Assembly (NCBI GenBank): GCA_963977015.1
Contig: CAXBMO010000030.1
Span: 1-64,000 of the forward strand
Length of the DNA stretch: 64,000 bases
Direction: 5' to 3'
Source: an uncultured bacterium
GTDB taxonomy: Bacteria; Verrucomicrobiota; Verrucomicrobiia; Verrucomicrobiales; DEV007
Part shown: positions 9,758 to 19,640 of the stretch, piece by piece
Layout: the number at the start of each line of letters is the position of its first letter
Position numbering within the stretch: position 1 is the first letter of the stretch
Position numbers and translations under genes: made by a program
The notes under the pieces: generated by a model
Told to the model about the DNA's origin: nothing
The model's database searches: none
Seen by the model: only the letters and a program-made list of their open reading frames with translations

Positions 9758-10552
9758 ATGCCACAGCCCGTTCCGACGAACTCCGACCCCATCGCCCGAC
9801 TTCGCGCGATCATGCACATTCTTCGCTCGCCCGGCGGTTGCCCGTGGGATCAGGAGCAATCGCACGAAAGCCTGATTCCCAATTTGATTGAGGAAGCTTA
9901 CGAAACGGCCGCTGCGATTCGATCCGGGGACACGACCCACATGGAAGAAGAGTTGGGCGATTACCTGCTTCAGGTCGTTTTTCACGCCGAGCTTGGCAGC
10001 GAGACCGGCGCGTTTGATTTCGATTCGGTCTGCAACGCCATTTCGGAGAAGCTGATTCGCCGGCATCCCCACGTGTTCGGCGAAAGCGGGGTCGAGACGA
10101 CGGATGGGGTGTTGAAGCAGTGGGACGAGATCAAGGCCGCGGAAAAGGGCAATCAGTCGGAAAAGCGTTACCTGGATGAGGTTGGCCAGGGATTTCCCGC
10201 GTTGCTGCGTTCGCGCGAGATCCAGAAGAAGGTCGCCAAGGTCGGGTTCGATTGGGAAAAAAGTGAGGAGGTTCTGGCCAAAGTGCGCGAAGAACTCGAC
10301 GAAGTGACGGTGGAGCTGGAATCTGGAAATACCGAAAATCTGGGCGAGGAGATTGGCGATCTGTTGTTCGCCATCGTCAATCTGGCGCGCAAAGAGGGGC
10401 AGGATGCGGAGTCACTGCTCGCTGCGGCCAACGACAAGTTCATCAACCGGTTCCATCAGGTCGAAGCCGGGTTGAAGGCGGACGGCAAGTCGCTGAAAGA
10501 GGCGAGTCTGGATGAGATGGAGGCCCAATGGCAGGTGGCGAAAGAAGCCTGA
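9758..10552 (+). CDS. mazG: Nucleoside triphosphate pyrophosphohydrolase MazG
   Basis: GCPWDQEQSH, EEAYE, EELGD, KLIRRHPHVF, GFDW, EEIGDLLF. Confidence 0.95.
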   Translation: MPQPVPTNSDPIARLRAIMHILRSPGGCPWDQEQSHESLIPNLIEEAYETAAAIRSGDTTHMEEELGDYLLQVVFHAELGSETGAFDFDSVCNAISEKLIRRHPHVFGESGVETTDGVLKQWDEIKAAEKGNQSEKRYLDEVGQGFPALLRSREIQKKVAKVGFDWEKSEEVLAKVREELDEVTVELESGNTENLGEEIGDLLFAIVNLARKEGQDAESLLAAANDKFINRFHQVEAGLKADGKSLKEASLDEMEAQWQVAKEA

Positions 10553-10684
10553 ATTTCCTGGTAACGGGGCCCGGATCAGGGCGTCTGTTTACGGAGTTGA
10601 ACGTTTCATGAAATTTTTGGCGAGACGGCTCAGGGATGACAGTGTTTCATACGCTGTTGCTTGATTCTGCGACTCGAACGATCC

Positions 10685-11923
10685 ATGCCCGCTTTTTCCT
10701 ACACAGCCCTTGATGGATCCGGTAACACGGTGACTGGAAATCTGGAAGGCCGGAACAAGATCGAGGTGTATCGCGAATTGGAGAAGCAAATGCTGCATCC
10801 GGTGAGCGTGAAGGAGGCTGCGGGGAGCGAAAAGGCGGGACAGAAAGCCAAGGGCAAGGATGGCGATCTCGGCCCGGTGCGGATGAAGCGGACGCAGGTG
10901 ATTCTGTTTACCGAGGAGCTGGCGGACATGCTCGATGCGGGGTTGCAACTGGAGCAGGCGTTGCGGGTGTTGCATGATCGCCAGGAGGATCCGGCGATTC
11001 GGCGAGTCAGTGCGAAGTTGCGGGATGAGATCCGGGAAGGCGCGAAGGTTTCGGCAGCGTTGAAGAAGGCGTCGCCGAGTTTTGACGAGCTTTACGTGAA
11101 CCTGGTCGCGGCAGGGGAGGCGAGTGGCTCGTTGGCGGAGATTTTGCGGCGTTTGGCGTGGAATCTGCAGGTGATGCACGATTTGCAGAGCCGGGTGGTA
11201 AGCGCGCTGGTCTATCCGGCGTTTTTGATTGGGGCGTGCGCGTTGCTGCTGTTCGTGTTCGGGACGGTGTTGATGCCGCAATTGACGGATTTGATCACGT
11301 CCTCGAACCAACAACTGCCGCTCCTGACGCGCATTCTGGTGGCGTTCAGCGACTTCATGGCGTCGTGGTGGTGGGCGATTTTGGCGACAGCGGTGGCGTT
11401 GTTTATCGGTTTTCGTGCGATCATCGCGACGAAAGGAGGGCGCGAGTGGTGGGACCAGTATCAACTCGCGATTCCGCTGATCGGGCCGGTGCTGCATGCG
11501 AAGTTTTACGCGCAGTTTTGCCAGGCGCTCGGGAACTTGGTGACGAACGGCGTTCCGCTGTTGAACGGGCTCAAGTTGATGGGGCGGGCGACGGCGAACG
11601 TTTTTTTGCGCGACAAATTGGGCAAGGTGGCGGTTTTAGTGGCGGAAGGTGCCGCGCTTTCCTCCGCCATGCGCAAAGTCGGCGATTTTCCCAGCCTCAT
11701 GATCGACATGCTCGGGGTGGGGGAACAGACCGGCCAGCTCGGAAAAAGCCTGCAAAAAACTTCGAAGCGTTATGATAAGGAATTGACGACGCGCATCGAC
11801 CGACTCACCAAAATGATTTCACCCATTGTCCTCATCTTCATGGCCGGTATTGTCGGCGTGGTCGCCTATGCGATCATCTCGACGTTGTTCCAGTCGGCCA
11901 CCGGAATTCGGGGCAATGTCTAG
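10685..11923 (+). CDS. gspF: Type II secretion system F family inner-membrane platform protein
   Basis: F.Y.A N-terminus, AGEASGSL, SALVYP, VGEQTGQL, three TM segments. Confidence 0.92.
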   Translation: MPAFSYTALDGSGNTVTGNLEGRNKIEVYRELEKQMLHPVSVKEAAGSEKAGQKAKGKDGDLGPVRMKRTQVILFTEELADMLDAGLQLEQALRVLHDRQEDPAIRRVSAKLRDEIREGAKVSAALKKASPSFDELYVNLVAAGEASGSLAEILRRLAWNLQVMHDLQSRVVSALVYPAFLIGACALLLFVFGTVLMPQLTDLITSSNQQLPLLTRILVAFSDFMASWWWAILATAVALFIGFRAIIATKGGREWWDQYQLAIPLIGPVLHAKFYAQFCQALGNLVTNGVPLLNGLKLMGRATANVFLRDKLGKVAVLVAEGAALSSAMRKVGDFPSLMIDMLGVGEQTGQLGKSLQKTSKRYDKELTTRIDRLTKMISPIVLIFMAGIVGVVAYAIISTLFQSATGIRGNV

Positions 11924-11941
11924 AAAACTGACCAACCCATC

Positions 11942-12370
11942 ATGACCCAACCCAAACTTCAAAACCCTCAATCTGCGTTCACTCTCGTTGAAATCGTCAT
12001 CGTGCTCACCATCATCGCCGTGCTGGCCGGTGGCAGCATTTACATGCTGAAAGGCCTGATTGGCGACGCCCAGGGACAGCGCGTCGATTCCGACATTCAG
12101 ACGATCAAGGTCGCGCTCGGCGCTTATGAGCGGAACAATTATTTCAAGCCTCCGACTGAGGAGCAGGGTCTGGCGGCATTGGTCGCGCAGCCAACATCGG
12201 ATCCGCAGCCGGAAAAGTGGCGCCAGTATCTCGAGGAAGTGCCGAAGGATCCCTGGGGCAACGAGTATCAATTCCGCTATCCCGCGCAACGCAGTCAAAC
12301 CGACAAATACGACCTGTTTTCGCTGAACGAAGACGGGGTTGAGAACGAGGACGACATCGGGAACTGGTAG
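11942..12370 (+). CDS. gspG: T2SS major pseudopilin
   Basis: Prepilin site AFTLVE, PTEEQGLAALV, PKDPWGNEYQF, DDIGNW. Confidence 0.93.
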   Translation: MTQPKLQNPQSAFTLVEIVIVLTIIAVLAGGSIYMLKGLIGDAQGQRVDSDIQTIKVALGAYERNNYFKPPTEEQGLAALVAQPTSDPQPEKWRQYLEEVPKDPWGNEYQFRYPAQRSQTDKYDLFSLNEDGVENEDDIGNW

Positions 12371-12385
12371 TCGCCAATTCCGAGC

Positions 12386-13375
12386 TTACCGCGTCACCGC
12401 AATCGACGTTACGACCCGGTTTTTGAGGAATTGATCGGCCCAATGGCTGGCGGATTCGGAATCCGCGAACGTGCGCTGGCTGACGACGCGGTGAAAAACC
12501 TTCGTCTGGCCCTGGCGTTGGTGAACCTCGACTTTGATGCCCTTCTTTTTCAGTTCCTCACAGAGATCGGTGGCGTATTCGGAGACGGAAAACGCGCCGA
12601 ATTGAACGCGGAAGCTGTTCGGTGAGGGACTCGCTGCCGGTGGCGTGGCGACCGGCTTGGGCGGAGATGGCGCCTTCGGTTCTGAGGGGGGAGCCGGTGT
12701 TGGCTTGGGGGCCGGTTCTGGAGCGGGATCCGCCTTGGCGACCATCACTTTGGCCGGTGTTTCGCTGACCGGTTTTGAATCGCGGTAAGCCAGAATCCCG
12801 TCGGCAATCGCGGCAGCCAATTTGCGCTGATAGTCATCGGTTCGCACCAGCCAGTTTTCGCCCTTGTTCGAGAGGAAGCCGCCTTCGATGACGATGGCGG
12901 GGTGGTCGGTATCGCGCAGCACCTTTAAATTGTGCGTCTTGACTCCCAGGTAACGCCGGCCCAGGGCTTTCAACTTCACCCCGATGGCTTCGCCCATTTC
13001 CCGGGAATCTTCCGAGTTCGGCATTACGTAGGATTCGATGCCCACGACACTGGTATTCACGTTCGCGTTGAAGTGGATCGAGACGAAAATCGGCCGGTCC
13101 TGCTTGTTGGAGATTTCGGCGCGCTCGGACAGACTCAGGATCACGTCTTCCTCGCGCGTCATCACGACCTTGTTGACTCCGCGGGCCTGCAATTCGTCGC
13201 GAACGAGCTTGGATACCGGGAGGGTGACATTTTTTTCTTCGGTCCCATACCAAAGAGCCCCCGAGTCGAGGCCGCCATGACCGGGATCGATCACCACGGT
13301 GTCAAACTTGGGCGCAGCAAAGCCGGAGGCCGTGAGTGCTCCGAAAATGATGACGTATGTCGTCCAAGGATACAT
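12386..13375 (-). CDS. N-acetylmuramoyl-L-alanine amidase (Amidase_3) with Pro-rich linker and SPOR domain
   Basis: IDPGHGG, EK..TL, FVSIHFN, VIEGGF; C-terminal FRVQFGAF SPOR motif. Confidence 0.9.
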   Translation of the reverse strand: MYPWTTYVIIFGALTASGFAAPKFDTVVIDPGHGGLDSGALWYGTEEKNVTLPVSKLVRDELQARGVNKVVMTREEDVILSLSERAEISNKQDRPIFVSIHFNANVNTSVVGIESYVMPNSEDSREMGEAIGVKLKALGRRYLGVKTHNLKVLRDTDHPAIVIEGGFLSNKGENWLVRTDDYQRKLAAAIADGILAYRDSKPVSETPAKVMVAKADPAPEPAPKPTPAPPSEPKAPSPPKPVATPPAASPSPNSFRVQFGAFSVSEYATDLCEELKKKGIKVEVHQRQGQTKVFHRVVSQRTFADSESASHWADQFLKNRVVTSIAVTR

Positions 13376-13516
13376 AAAGTCGGCGCAACTTAGGGGAGGA
13401 GACGGGGAAGTCCACTAACACTCTTCCAATTCTGGTGAATCGGGCCATTGTACGAAATTGGGTAACTTGATTCAAGGTTTGAACGTCAACCAAGGTGGTT
13501 CATGTTTGCTGACTGA

Positions 13517-14149
13517 ATGGAATTTGACCGGAAACCCGTCTTTTTCGAACCTCTCTCACCAAAGCGAAGAGAGGGCGGGTTTACGCTGGTCGAAATCGTC
13601 ATCTCGATGACGGTGATGGCGCTGTTGATCGCGGCGAGCGTTCCGTCGATTCAGGGGATCATTCGCGAACATCAGGCGCAGGAGCCGATGCGGGAGCTGG
13701 CGTTGATGGCGAGAATGGTTCGCAAGCGGGCGATGCAGCAACAGCAACCGTTTCAGGTTGGATTCGACTCGCGCGGTTGCTATGCGTCCGCCTATTTCCA
13801 GCCCTACGAGCAGGGGGAAGAATACGAAAGTCTGCGTCTCGAGGAATTGGCCCGGGCGGCAGGCGAGAAACGCTTTGGAACCGTTGAGCCGGTGGAGGGC
13901 GAAAAAATGGCGGATCCCATTCTGCTGGGACGTTACGAGTGGCCGGAGAAGATGTCGGTTCGGCTTCGGTTTTGGGGCGATACGGAATGGGAGGATTTGT
14001 CGGGAGCCCGGTTTCGGCGCTGGGTTTTTCAACCAAGTGGAATCGCCAAGCCGCTCGTGGTTCAATTCGAGAATGACGGAGTTTTTATCGAGGCGACGTT
14101 CAACCCGCTGACGGCGGAGATTGAACGGGAAAGGAGCTACGTGCAATGA
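13517..14149 (+). CDS. Minor pseudopilin (GspH/FimT-like)
   Basis: GFTLVE prepilin motif; position in cluster. Confidence 0.8.
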   Translation: MEFDRKPVFFEPLSPKRREGGFTLVEIVISMTVMALLIAASVPSIQGIIREHQAQEPMRELALMARMVRKRAMQQQQPFQVGFDSRGCYASAYFQPYEQGEEYESLRLEELARAAGEKRFGTVEPVEGEKMADPILLGRYEWPEKMSVRLRFWGDTEWEDLSGARFRRWVFQPSGIAKPLVVQFENDGVFIEATFNPLTAEIERERSYVQ

Positions 14150-14526
14150 AGCGGAAGGACGGCGGCTACATTTTGTTTGAGGTGATCATTGCGGTGACGA
14201 TTTTCTCCCTCGCGATCGTCGGGCTCATGCGGGTGCTGGATACGAGCCTGAATTCGGCGAACTATTTTGCGTGCGATACGGCGATTCGTTACGGGCTCCA
14301 ATCGATTTTGACCGAGGCGCGGCATCGGGATTTGGGAAACATGATTTTGGTCCAGCGCGATGAGGCCATGGGCGTCGAATACCGGACGGAGGTTGAGCCG
14401 CTCCAATTGGCGAGCGACAGCGGAGGTGCCTTGAGCGGGCTCTACATTTTGCGGGCCACGGCCACCTACGATGGCGAGCAGGAAGTCGCCGAAGTCTGGA
14501 TTTACGAGGGGGAGGACGATGAATAG
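14146..14526 (+). CDS. Minor pseudopilin (GspI-like)
   Basis: GYILFE prepilin-like motif; small; ATGA overlap with upstream gene. Confidence 0.75.
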   Translation: MKRKDGGYILFEVIIAVTIFSLAIVGLMRVLDTSLNSANYFACDTAIRYGLQSILTEARHRDLGNMILVQRDEAMGVEYRTEVEPLQLASDSGGALSGLYILRATATYDGEQEVAEVWIYEGEDDE

Positions 14527-15514
14527 GCGTGGATTCACCCTGCTCGAAGTCGTGATTGCGGTGACGATTCTGGCGTTGTTGACGGGATCGATTTACGGTC
14601 TGCTGCGGCAGTCGGTGATGGCGGCGGCGGATCTTGAAACGGCCGAAAAAGAGGATCAGGCGATTCATCACTTCATTGAACTTTGCCGCTCGACCCTGGA
14701 GTCGCTGCCTGGTGGGGCGACGTTTACGGCTGAGGTCATCGAGGAAGGCGCAATGAGGCAGGAACTGACGATTTCCGGCGTTTTTGACGCGTTCAGTTTT
14801 GGCGAGGATCCGGTTTCAGAATCTGATACGGTGTTGGGGCTTCAACCCTACGAATCGCCGTCAGGAGCCGAGTCCCATACGCCGCTTTACACGATCGCGA
14901 TTTCCCGGGAAGACTTTGCTCCGCAAGGTGAGGATGGGGAAATGGCGATTCGCGTGGGCGGCAATGACGAGTTTTTTGCGCCCGATGAGGAAGGGCGTTA
15001 TTGGCTGCCGCTTCTCCCGGCGATTGCATCGCTGCAGTGGCAGTTCTGGGACGAGGATGAAGAAATCTGGATCGAAACGTGGGATGACGAGGAATCCCGG
15101 CCGCCGATGATCGAGTTGCAGCTTCAGCCGGCGGGCCGATCACTGCCGATTCGCGTGGTTTACGACATCCCGCCTGTTCCGGAATTGGTCGCGGAAGCCG
15201 AAACGGCAACGTCCTCAGCCGCAGCGACACGAAATGCGGCCCAACCGAATCCGCAGGCAACCCGCGACGATAACGCCGGAGCGGAAGGGCAACGGCAGGG
15301 GAGACCGGGTGGCGAAGCCGGAGGGCGTCGCCCTTCGGGAAGACCGGGTGAAGGCGGCGGGCAAGGGCGCCCGCCTCGAGGTGGTGGCCAGAATGGTGGT
15401 CAGGGAAGAGGCGGCGGTAACGGTGCGGGTGCGGGAGGCGGAGGAGATGCGGGCGGTGCCGGCGCCCGACCTTCAACACCAGCAGCAACCGGGGGAGGCG
15501 GCGGAGCGCAATGA
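14519..15514 (+). CDS. Minor pseudopilin (GspJ-like) with Gly-rich C-terminal tail
   Basis: GFTLLE motif; W.ETW...RP..IEL GspJ-like segment. Confidence 0.78.
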   Translation: MNRRGFTLLEVVIAVTILALLTGSIYGLLRQSVMAAADLETAEKEDQAIHHFIELCRSTLESLPGGATFTAEVIEEGAMRQELTISGVFDAFSFGEDPVSESDTVLGLQPYESPSGAESHTPLYTIAISREDFAPQGEDGEMAIRVGGNDEFFAPDEEGRYWLPLLPAIASLQWQFWDEDEEIWIETWDDEESRPPMIELQLQPAGRSLPIRVVYDIPPVPELVAEAETATSSAAATRNAAQPNPQATRDDNAGAEGQRQGRPGGEAGGRRPSGRPGEGGGQGRPPRGGGQNGGQGRGGGNGAGAGGGGDAGGAGARPSTPAATGGGGGAQ

Positions 15515-16434
15515 CGACGCGTGCCAGGAGAGCCTCCAATCGTGGCGCCGCGTTGATGATCGTGCTTGCCGCGATCGTCCTGATCTCGTTGGCGATGGTC
15601 GGTGTCGTTGAATTGGCGAGCCATACTGCGGAGGAATCCTTGCAGGCTGCGAAACGATTCAAAGCCCGCCAAATCGCGGAATCGGGGATTGCTCTGGGCC
15701 AACATCCGGATATCGAACCGACGGACTCCGTGCTGCATCAGGTGCTTGCGGGCGGATATCGGCTCGATGTGAAGGTAACCAGCGAGCAGGGACGAATCTT
15801 CATCAACAACGCGTCAGAAGATGCAACGGTCGCGGCCTTGTACGATCTCTTTGTCGTTTGGGGGCTCGGGGCGGATGATGCGACGATTGCATCGGAAAGC
15901 CTGGCCGATTGGATCGACACCGACGACGATGCCCGAAGTCGTGGTGCCGAAAACCAGTATTACGCCGGGCTCGGCTACGATCAGTTTCCGAGAAACGCCG
16001 TGTTCACGAGCCTGGAGGAACTGCTTCTCGTTCGTGGGTTCGACGTCGTGGCGAAGGCGAAGCCGGATTGGCGAGACGTGTTCACGCTCTACGGCGATGG
16101 AGAAATCGATGTGAACGCCGCCAGCGCCGACGTGCTTCACGCCTTTGCAGGAGTGCCGATTACCAACGCGGAACGGTTTGTGCAAACGCGGAATGGACCG
16201 GACGAGATTCTGGGAACGTCAGATGATACGATCTATGTCAGCGACAACGTGCAGGACGCCGTTGCCGTGTTGGGAATCCCCGCAGAGCGAACCGAGGAGT
16301 TGGGGCAACTGTTTACGTTGGAAGGCAGTGCTGTCCGGATCGAGTCCAAGGCAACCGTCGGTGATTTGGAATACACCTTGGTTGTCATTTCAGACCGCGA
16401 ATCCGGCAGCTCGCTCGTCCGGCAATGGAAGTAA
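15511..16434 (+). CDS. gspK: T2SS minor pseudopilin GspK
   Basis: RGAAL N-terminus, SEQGRI.IN, DWID.DD, GAE..YY, PRN..F.SLEEL, IDVNAAS. Confidence 0.9.
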   Translation: MTTRARRASNRGAALMIVLAAIVLISLAMVGVVELASHTAEESLQAAKRFKARQIAESGIALGQHPDIEPTDSVLHQVLAGGYRLDVKVTSEQGRIFINNASEDATVAALYDLFVVWGLGADDATIASESLADWIDTDDDARSRGAENQYYAGLGYDQFPRNAVFTSLEELLLVRGFDVVAKAKPDWRDVFTLYGDGEIDVNAASADVLHAFAGVPITNAERFVQTRNGPDEILGTSDDTIYVSDNVQDAVAVLGIPAERTEELGQLFTLEGSAVRIESKATVGDLEYTLVVISDRESGSSLVRQWK

Positions 16435-16452
16435 GGAAGTAAAACCCGTTCG

Positions 16453-17172
16453 TTAGGAGGCGACAGCCTTTTCCGTTTCCTCGTCGGATTCAGGAGCATC
16501 TTCGTCCTGAGCCTCGAATTCTTGTTCCTCTCCTTCGTGGTGATCATCATCGTGATGCTCTTCGTCATCATCGTCGTGAAAATCATCTTCATCCACGTAG
16601 TCATCGGGAATCTCGACGCGGAACTTGCGCTCGCGCTGACCTTCGGGAAGCGGAGACATCATCATGATGATCTGGCGTCCACTGAGCTTGGGGTCGATAT
16701 CGACCTTGGCCATGGTCTTGAGATCTTCTTCGATTCGCTTCATTAAGACGAAACCCAGATCGCGGTGTGCGTTCTCCCGGCCTCGGAACTGAAGCTGAAT
16801 GCGCAGTTTGTCGCCATGATCGAGGAAATCCTCCGCACGCGTCATCTTGATCCCGTAATCGTGATCGCCGATGTTGATGCGAAACTTAACTTCCTTCGTC
16901 TTGTTCTTCGTCTTTGGCGCAGCTTTTTGCTGCTTGGAGAGATCGTATTTGTACTTGCCGTAATCGACAATTTTACAAACCGGAGGGTCCGCGTTGGGCG
17001 CGATTTCCACAAGGTCAAGTCCGAGAGCTTTGGCTTTGCCCAAGGCTTCCCGGGTGGGGAGGACCATGTTGATCGTCTCGTAGACCACTCGCACTTTCGG
17101 TGCGCGAATGCGTTCATTCAGCCGAGTCATGTCGCGGCGTGGTCTGTTGAATTTACGTCTTTTCTTAGCGAT
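16453..17172 (-). CDS. infC: Translation initiation factor IF-3 with acidic/His-rich C-terminal tail; probable ATC start at 17172 (first in-frame ATG at 17130)
   Basis: NERIRA, LDLVEIAP.ADPPVCKIVDYGKYKY, KEVKFR, FRGRE; frame open upstream with IAKKRRK. Confidence 0.93.
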   Translation of the reverse strand: MAKKRRKFNRPRRDMTRLNERIRAPKVRVVYETINMVLPTREALGKAKALGLDLVEIAPNADPPVCKIVDYGKYKYDLSKQQKAAPKTKNKTKEVKFRINIGDHDYGIKMTRAEDFLDHGDKLRIQLQFRGRENAHRDLGFVLMKRIEEDLKTMAKVDIDPKLSGRQIIMMMSPLPEGQRERKFRVEIPDDYVDEDDFHDDDDEEHHDDDHHEGEEQEFEAQDEDAPESDEETEKAVAS

Positions 17173-17511
17173 AGGAGTTATGGGTTGGAGTTCAGTGTTA
17201 GTGTCATAGACGAAAGTAAGTCAGCGGGGTGCACCAATTAAGCAATGAGTGCGTGCGTTTCCATGATTCGAGGAAAGTTCCCTGCTGTTCCCTTGATGAA
17301 GGGAGCGGAAATGTCACCCTGGATCCGATTAGCCATGGATTACGCCCCGAGCACGACCGCGAGGAGAGCTTTGCGGCTTAGGCTGGAGGAGGTCGGTGAT
17401 GTGTTTTTCCGAGAGGTCATCAAAAAATCTTCGGATCCCAACCAAGGCTCTGTGCGCTCGTGGCCTGGAGAAAAAGCCTTTCAGCCTCTCACTCCTGGGT
17501 TCCTAGCATCA

Positions 17512-17540
17512 TATATACGGAGTTTTCGGTTTTTGGGCAA
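17512..17540 (-). promoter_or_regulatory. Candidate sigma70 promoter upstream of infC
   Basis: TTGCCC-N17-TATATA on the minus strand. Confidence 0.4.
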
Positions 17541-17636
17541 GGCGAAACTTACGGGCAATTTCTCCGTTGGGCCGGAATTTGAGCCAAAATGCCGGAAACC
17601 GGGTTGGATCTGGTGATTTTGTCAGAATTCGGGGAC

Positions 17637-19538
17637 TTAAATCGCCCGTTCCTGGATCTCCGCGACGACTTTCTCGACGAACGCATCCACCGAGAGTTGG
17701 CCTTCGTCCCCGCGATTGCGGTGGCGGACGGAAACCTCGCCCGCTTCCTGTTCCTTGGCGCCCGCGACGAGCATGTAGGGAACCTTGGCGAGTTGGGCGA
17801 GACGGATTTTCGCACCGACCTTCTCGCTCGTCGTATCGAGATTCACACGAACTCTGGCCGCCTTCAGCTTCGCCTCGATTTCCGCGGCGTAGTCGTTGAA
17901 CTTCTCGCTGATCGGCAGAATCCGCACCTGTTCCGGCGCGAGCCACGTTGGGAAGTGCCCTGCAAAATGCTCGATGAGAACGCCGACAAAGCGTTCCATG
18001 CTGCCAAACGGCGCCCGGTGAATCATGACCGGGCGATGCTTCTCGTTGTCCGCACCGATGTAGCTCAAATCGAAGCGTTCCGGCAGATTGTAGTCGACCT
18101 GAACCGTGCCGAGTTGCCATTCGCGGCCAATCACGTCTTTCACCACGAAATCGATCTTTGGCCCGTAAAACGCGGCTTCTCCCGGTTCTTCCGTGAACGG
18201 TTTGCCGAGCGATTCCGCCGCTTTGCGCAAGGCATCCTCCGCCTTGTCCCAATTCGCGGGATCGCCGACGTATTTGTCGCTCTCCGGATCGCGGAGGCTG
18301 ACGCGAACGCGGTAGTCGTCCATCTTCAGGGTTCCGAGGACGATTTTCACCAGTTCCAGACAACCCTGAATCTCTTCATCGAGCTGTTCCGGCGTCACGA
18401 AAAGGTGCGCGTCATCCTGCGTGAAGCAGCGCACCCGCGTCATTCCGCCCAGCTCACCGGACTGTTCCCAGCGATAGACCGTGCCGAATTCCGCCAGCCG
18501 AACCGGCAAATCGCGATACGAATGCGGGCTCGCGTCGAAAATCCGAATGTGATGCGGGCAGTTCATCGGCTTGAGCAAAAAACCGTCGGCATCACCGGTT
18601 TTGAGCGCATTCTGCAGCTCGGCGCAGGAGCACCCGTCGTCGGCCAGTTTGTTCAGCGCGTCGCGTTCCACCACCGGCACAAATTGCGAGTCCTCGTAAT
18701 ACGGGAAATGCCCGGACGTGCGATACAAATCCAGCTTGCCGATGTGCGGGGTGAAAACCTGGGAATAGCCTTGGCGTTCCAATTCCTCGCCAATGAAATT
18801 CTGCAATTCCTGGCGGACAATCGCGCCGTTCGGCAACCAAAGCACGAGGCCCTGACCGACCTGATCGTCGATCTTGAACAGCTCCAGTTCCTTGCCGAGT
18901 TTGCGGTGGTCGCGCAATTTCGCCTCTTCGACCCGCTCCAAATGCTCCGTCAGCAGCGTCTTGTTCTTGAACGACGTTCCGTAAACCCGCTGAAGCTGCG
19001 GATTGCTCGCGTCGCCCTTATAAAAGGCGCTCGCCACGCTCTGGATCTTGAACGCTTTGCAGTTTCCCGTCCGGCCCACGTGGGGACCGGCGCACAAATC
19101 CCAGAAATCGCCATTTTTGTAGATCGAGATCGCTTCGCCCTCGGGAATGTCCTCCAACAGGTCGATTTTGAACTGCGAAGGCACGTCGCGCTCCGTCAGT
19201 CCGCCCAAACGACCGCTTTTCGCCAGTTCCAGCGCTTCCTCACGGCTCACTTCCATCCGCTCGAACGTCTGGTTTTCCTTCACGATCTTCTTCATCTCCG
19301 CCTCGATTTTTTCGAAGTCGTCGGGCGTGATCCGATGCTTCAGATCCACATCGTAGTAGAATCCGTAAACCTCGTGATCGATCGGCGGTCCGTAGGCGAA
19401 CTGCGCATCGGGCCAGATCTTCAAAATCGCGGTCGCCATCACGTGCGCGGTCGAGTGGCGCAACCGCTCGAGGTCTGACATTTGGTGGCGCTCTTCGAGC
19501 GTCTTGCGTTCTGAAGGTTGGGATTCCGTTTTGGACAT
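17637..19538 (-). CDS. thrS: Threonine--tRNA ligase (no N-terminal TGS domain)
   Basis: RHSTAH, DLCAGPH, RDHRKLG, KPMNCPHH, FTQDDAH, GEAAFYGPKID, HRAPFGSMERF. Confidence 0.98.
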   Translation of the reverse strand: MSKTESQPSERKTLEERHQMSDLERLRHSTAHVMATAILKIWPDAQFAYGPPIDHEVYGFYYDVDLKHRITPDDFEKIEAEMKKIVKENQTFERMEVSREEALELAKSGRLGGLTERDVPSQFKIDLLEDIPEGEAISIYKNGDFWDLCAGPHVGRTGNCKAFKIQSVASAFYKGDASNPQLQRVYGTSFKNKTLLTEHLERVEEAKLRDHRKLGKELELFKIDDQVGQGLVLWLPNGAIVRQELQNFIGEELERQGYSQVFTPHIGKLDLYRTSGHFPYYEDSQFVPVVERDALNKLADDGCSCAELQNALKTGDADGFLLKPMNCPHHIRIFDASPHSYRDLPVRLAEFGTVYRWEQSGELGGMTRVRCFTQDDAHLFVTPEQLDEEIQGCLELVKIVLGTLKMDDYRVRVSLRDPESDKYVGDPANWDKAEDALRKAAESLGKPFTEEPGEAAFYGPKIDFVVKDVIGREWQLGTVQVDYNLPERFDLSYIGADNEKHRPVMIHRAPFGSMERFVGVLIEHFAGHFPTWLAPEQVRILPISEKFNDYAAEIEAKLKAARVRVNLDTTSEKVGAKIRLAQLAKVPYMLVAGAKEQEAGEVSVRHRNRGDEGQLSVDAFVEKVVAEIQERAI

Positions 19539-19640
19539 AATCTGGACTCACAGTGTTACCTCAATGCGCCAAAATGACAACCGACGAACGCACCGAGACG
19601 CGGTGGTGGGCGATGAAAACGTCCCTTCCCGGATTTTGGC

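Noticed and set aside
17268-17285. GAGGAAAGTTCC resembling the RNase P RNA signature
   Set aside because: The other conserved rnpB elements are not present downstream
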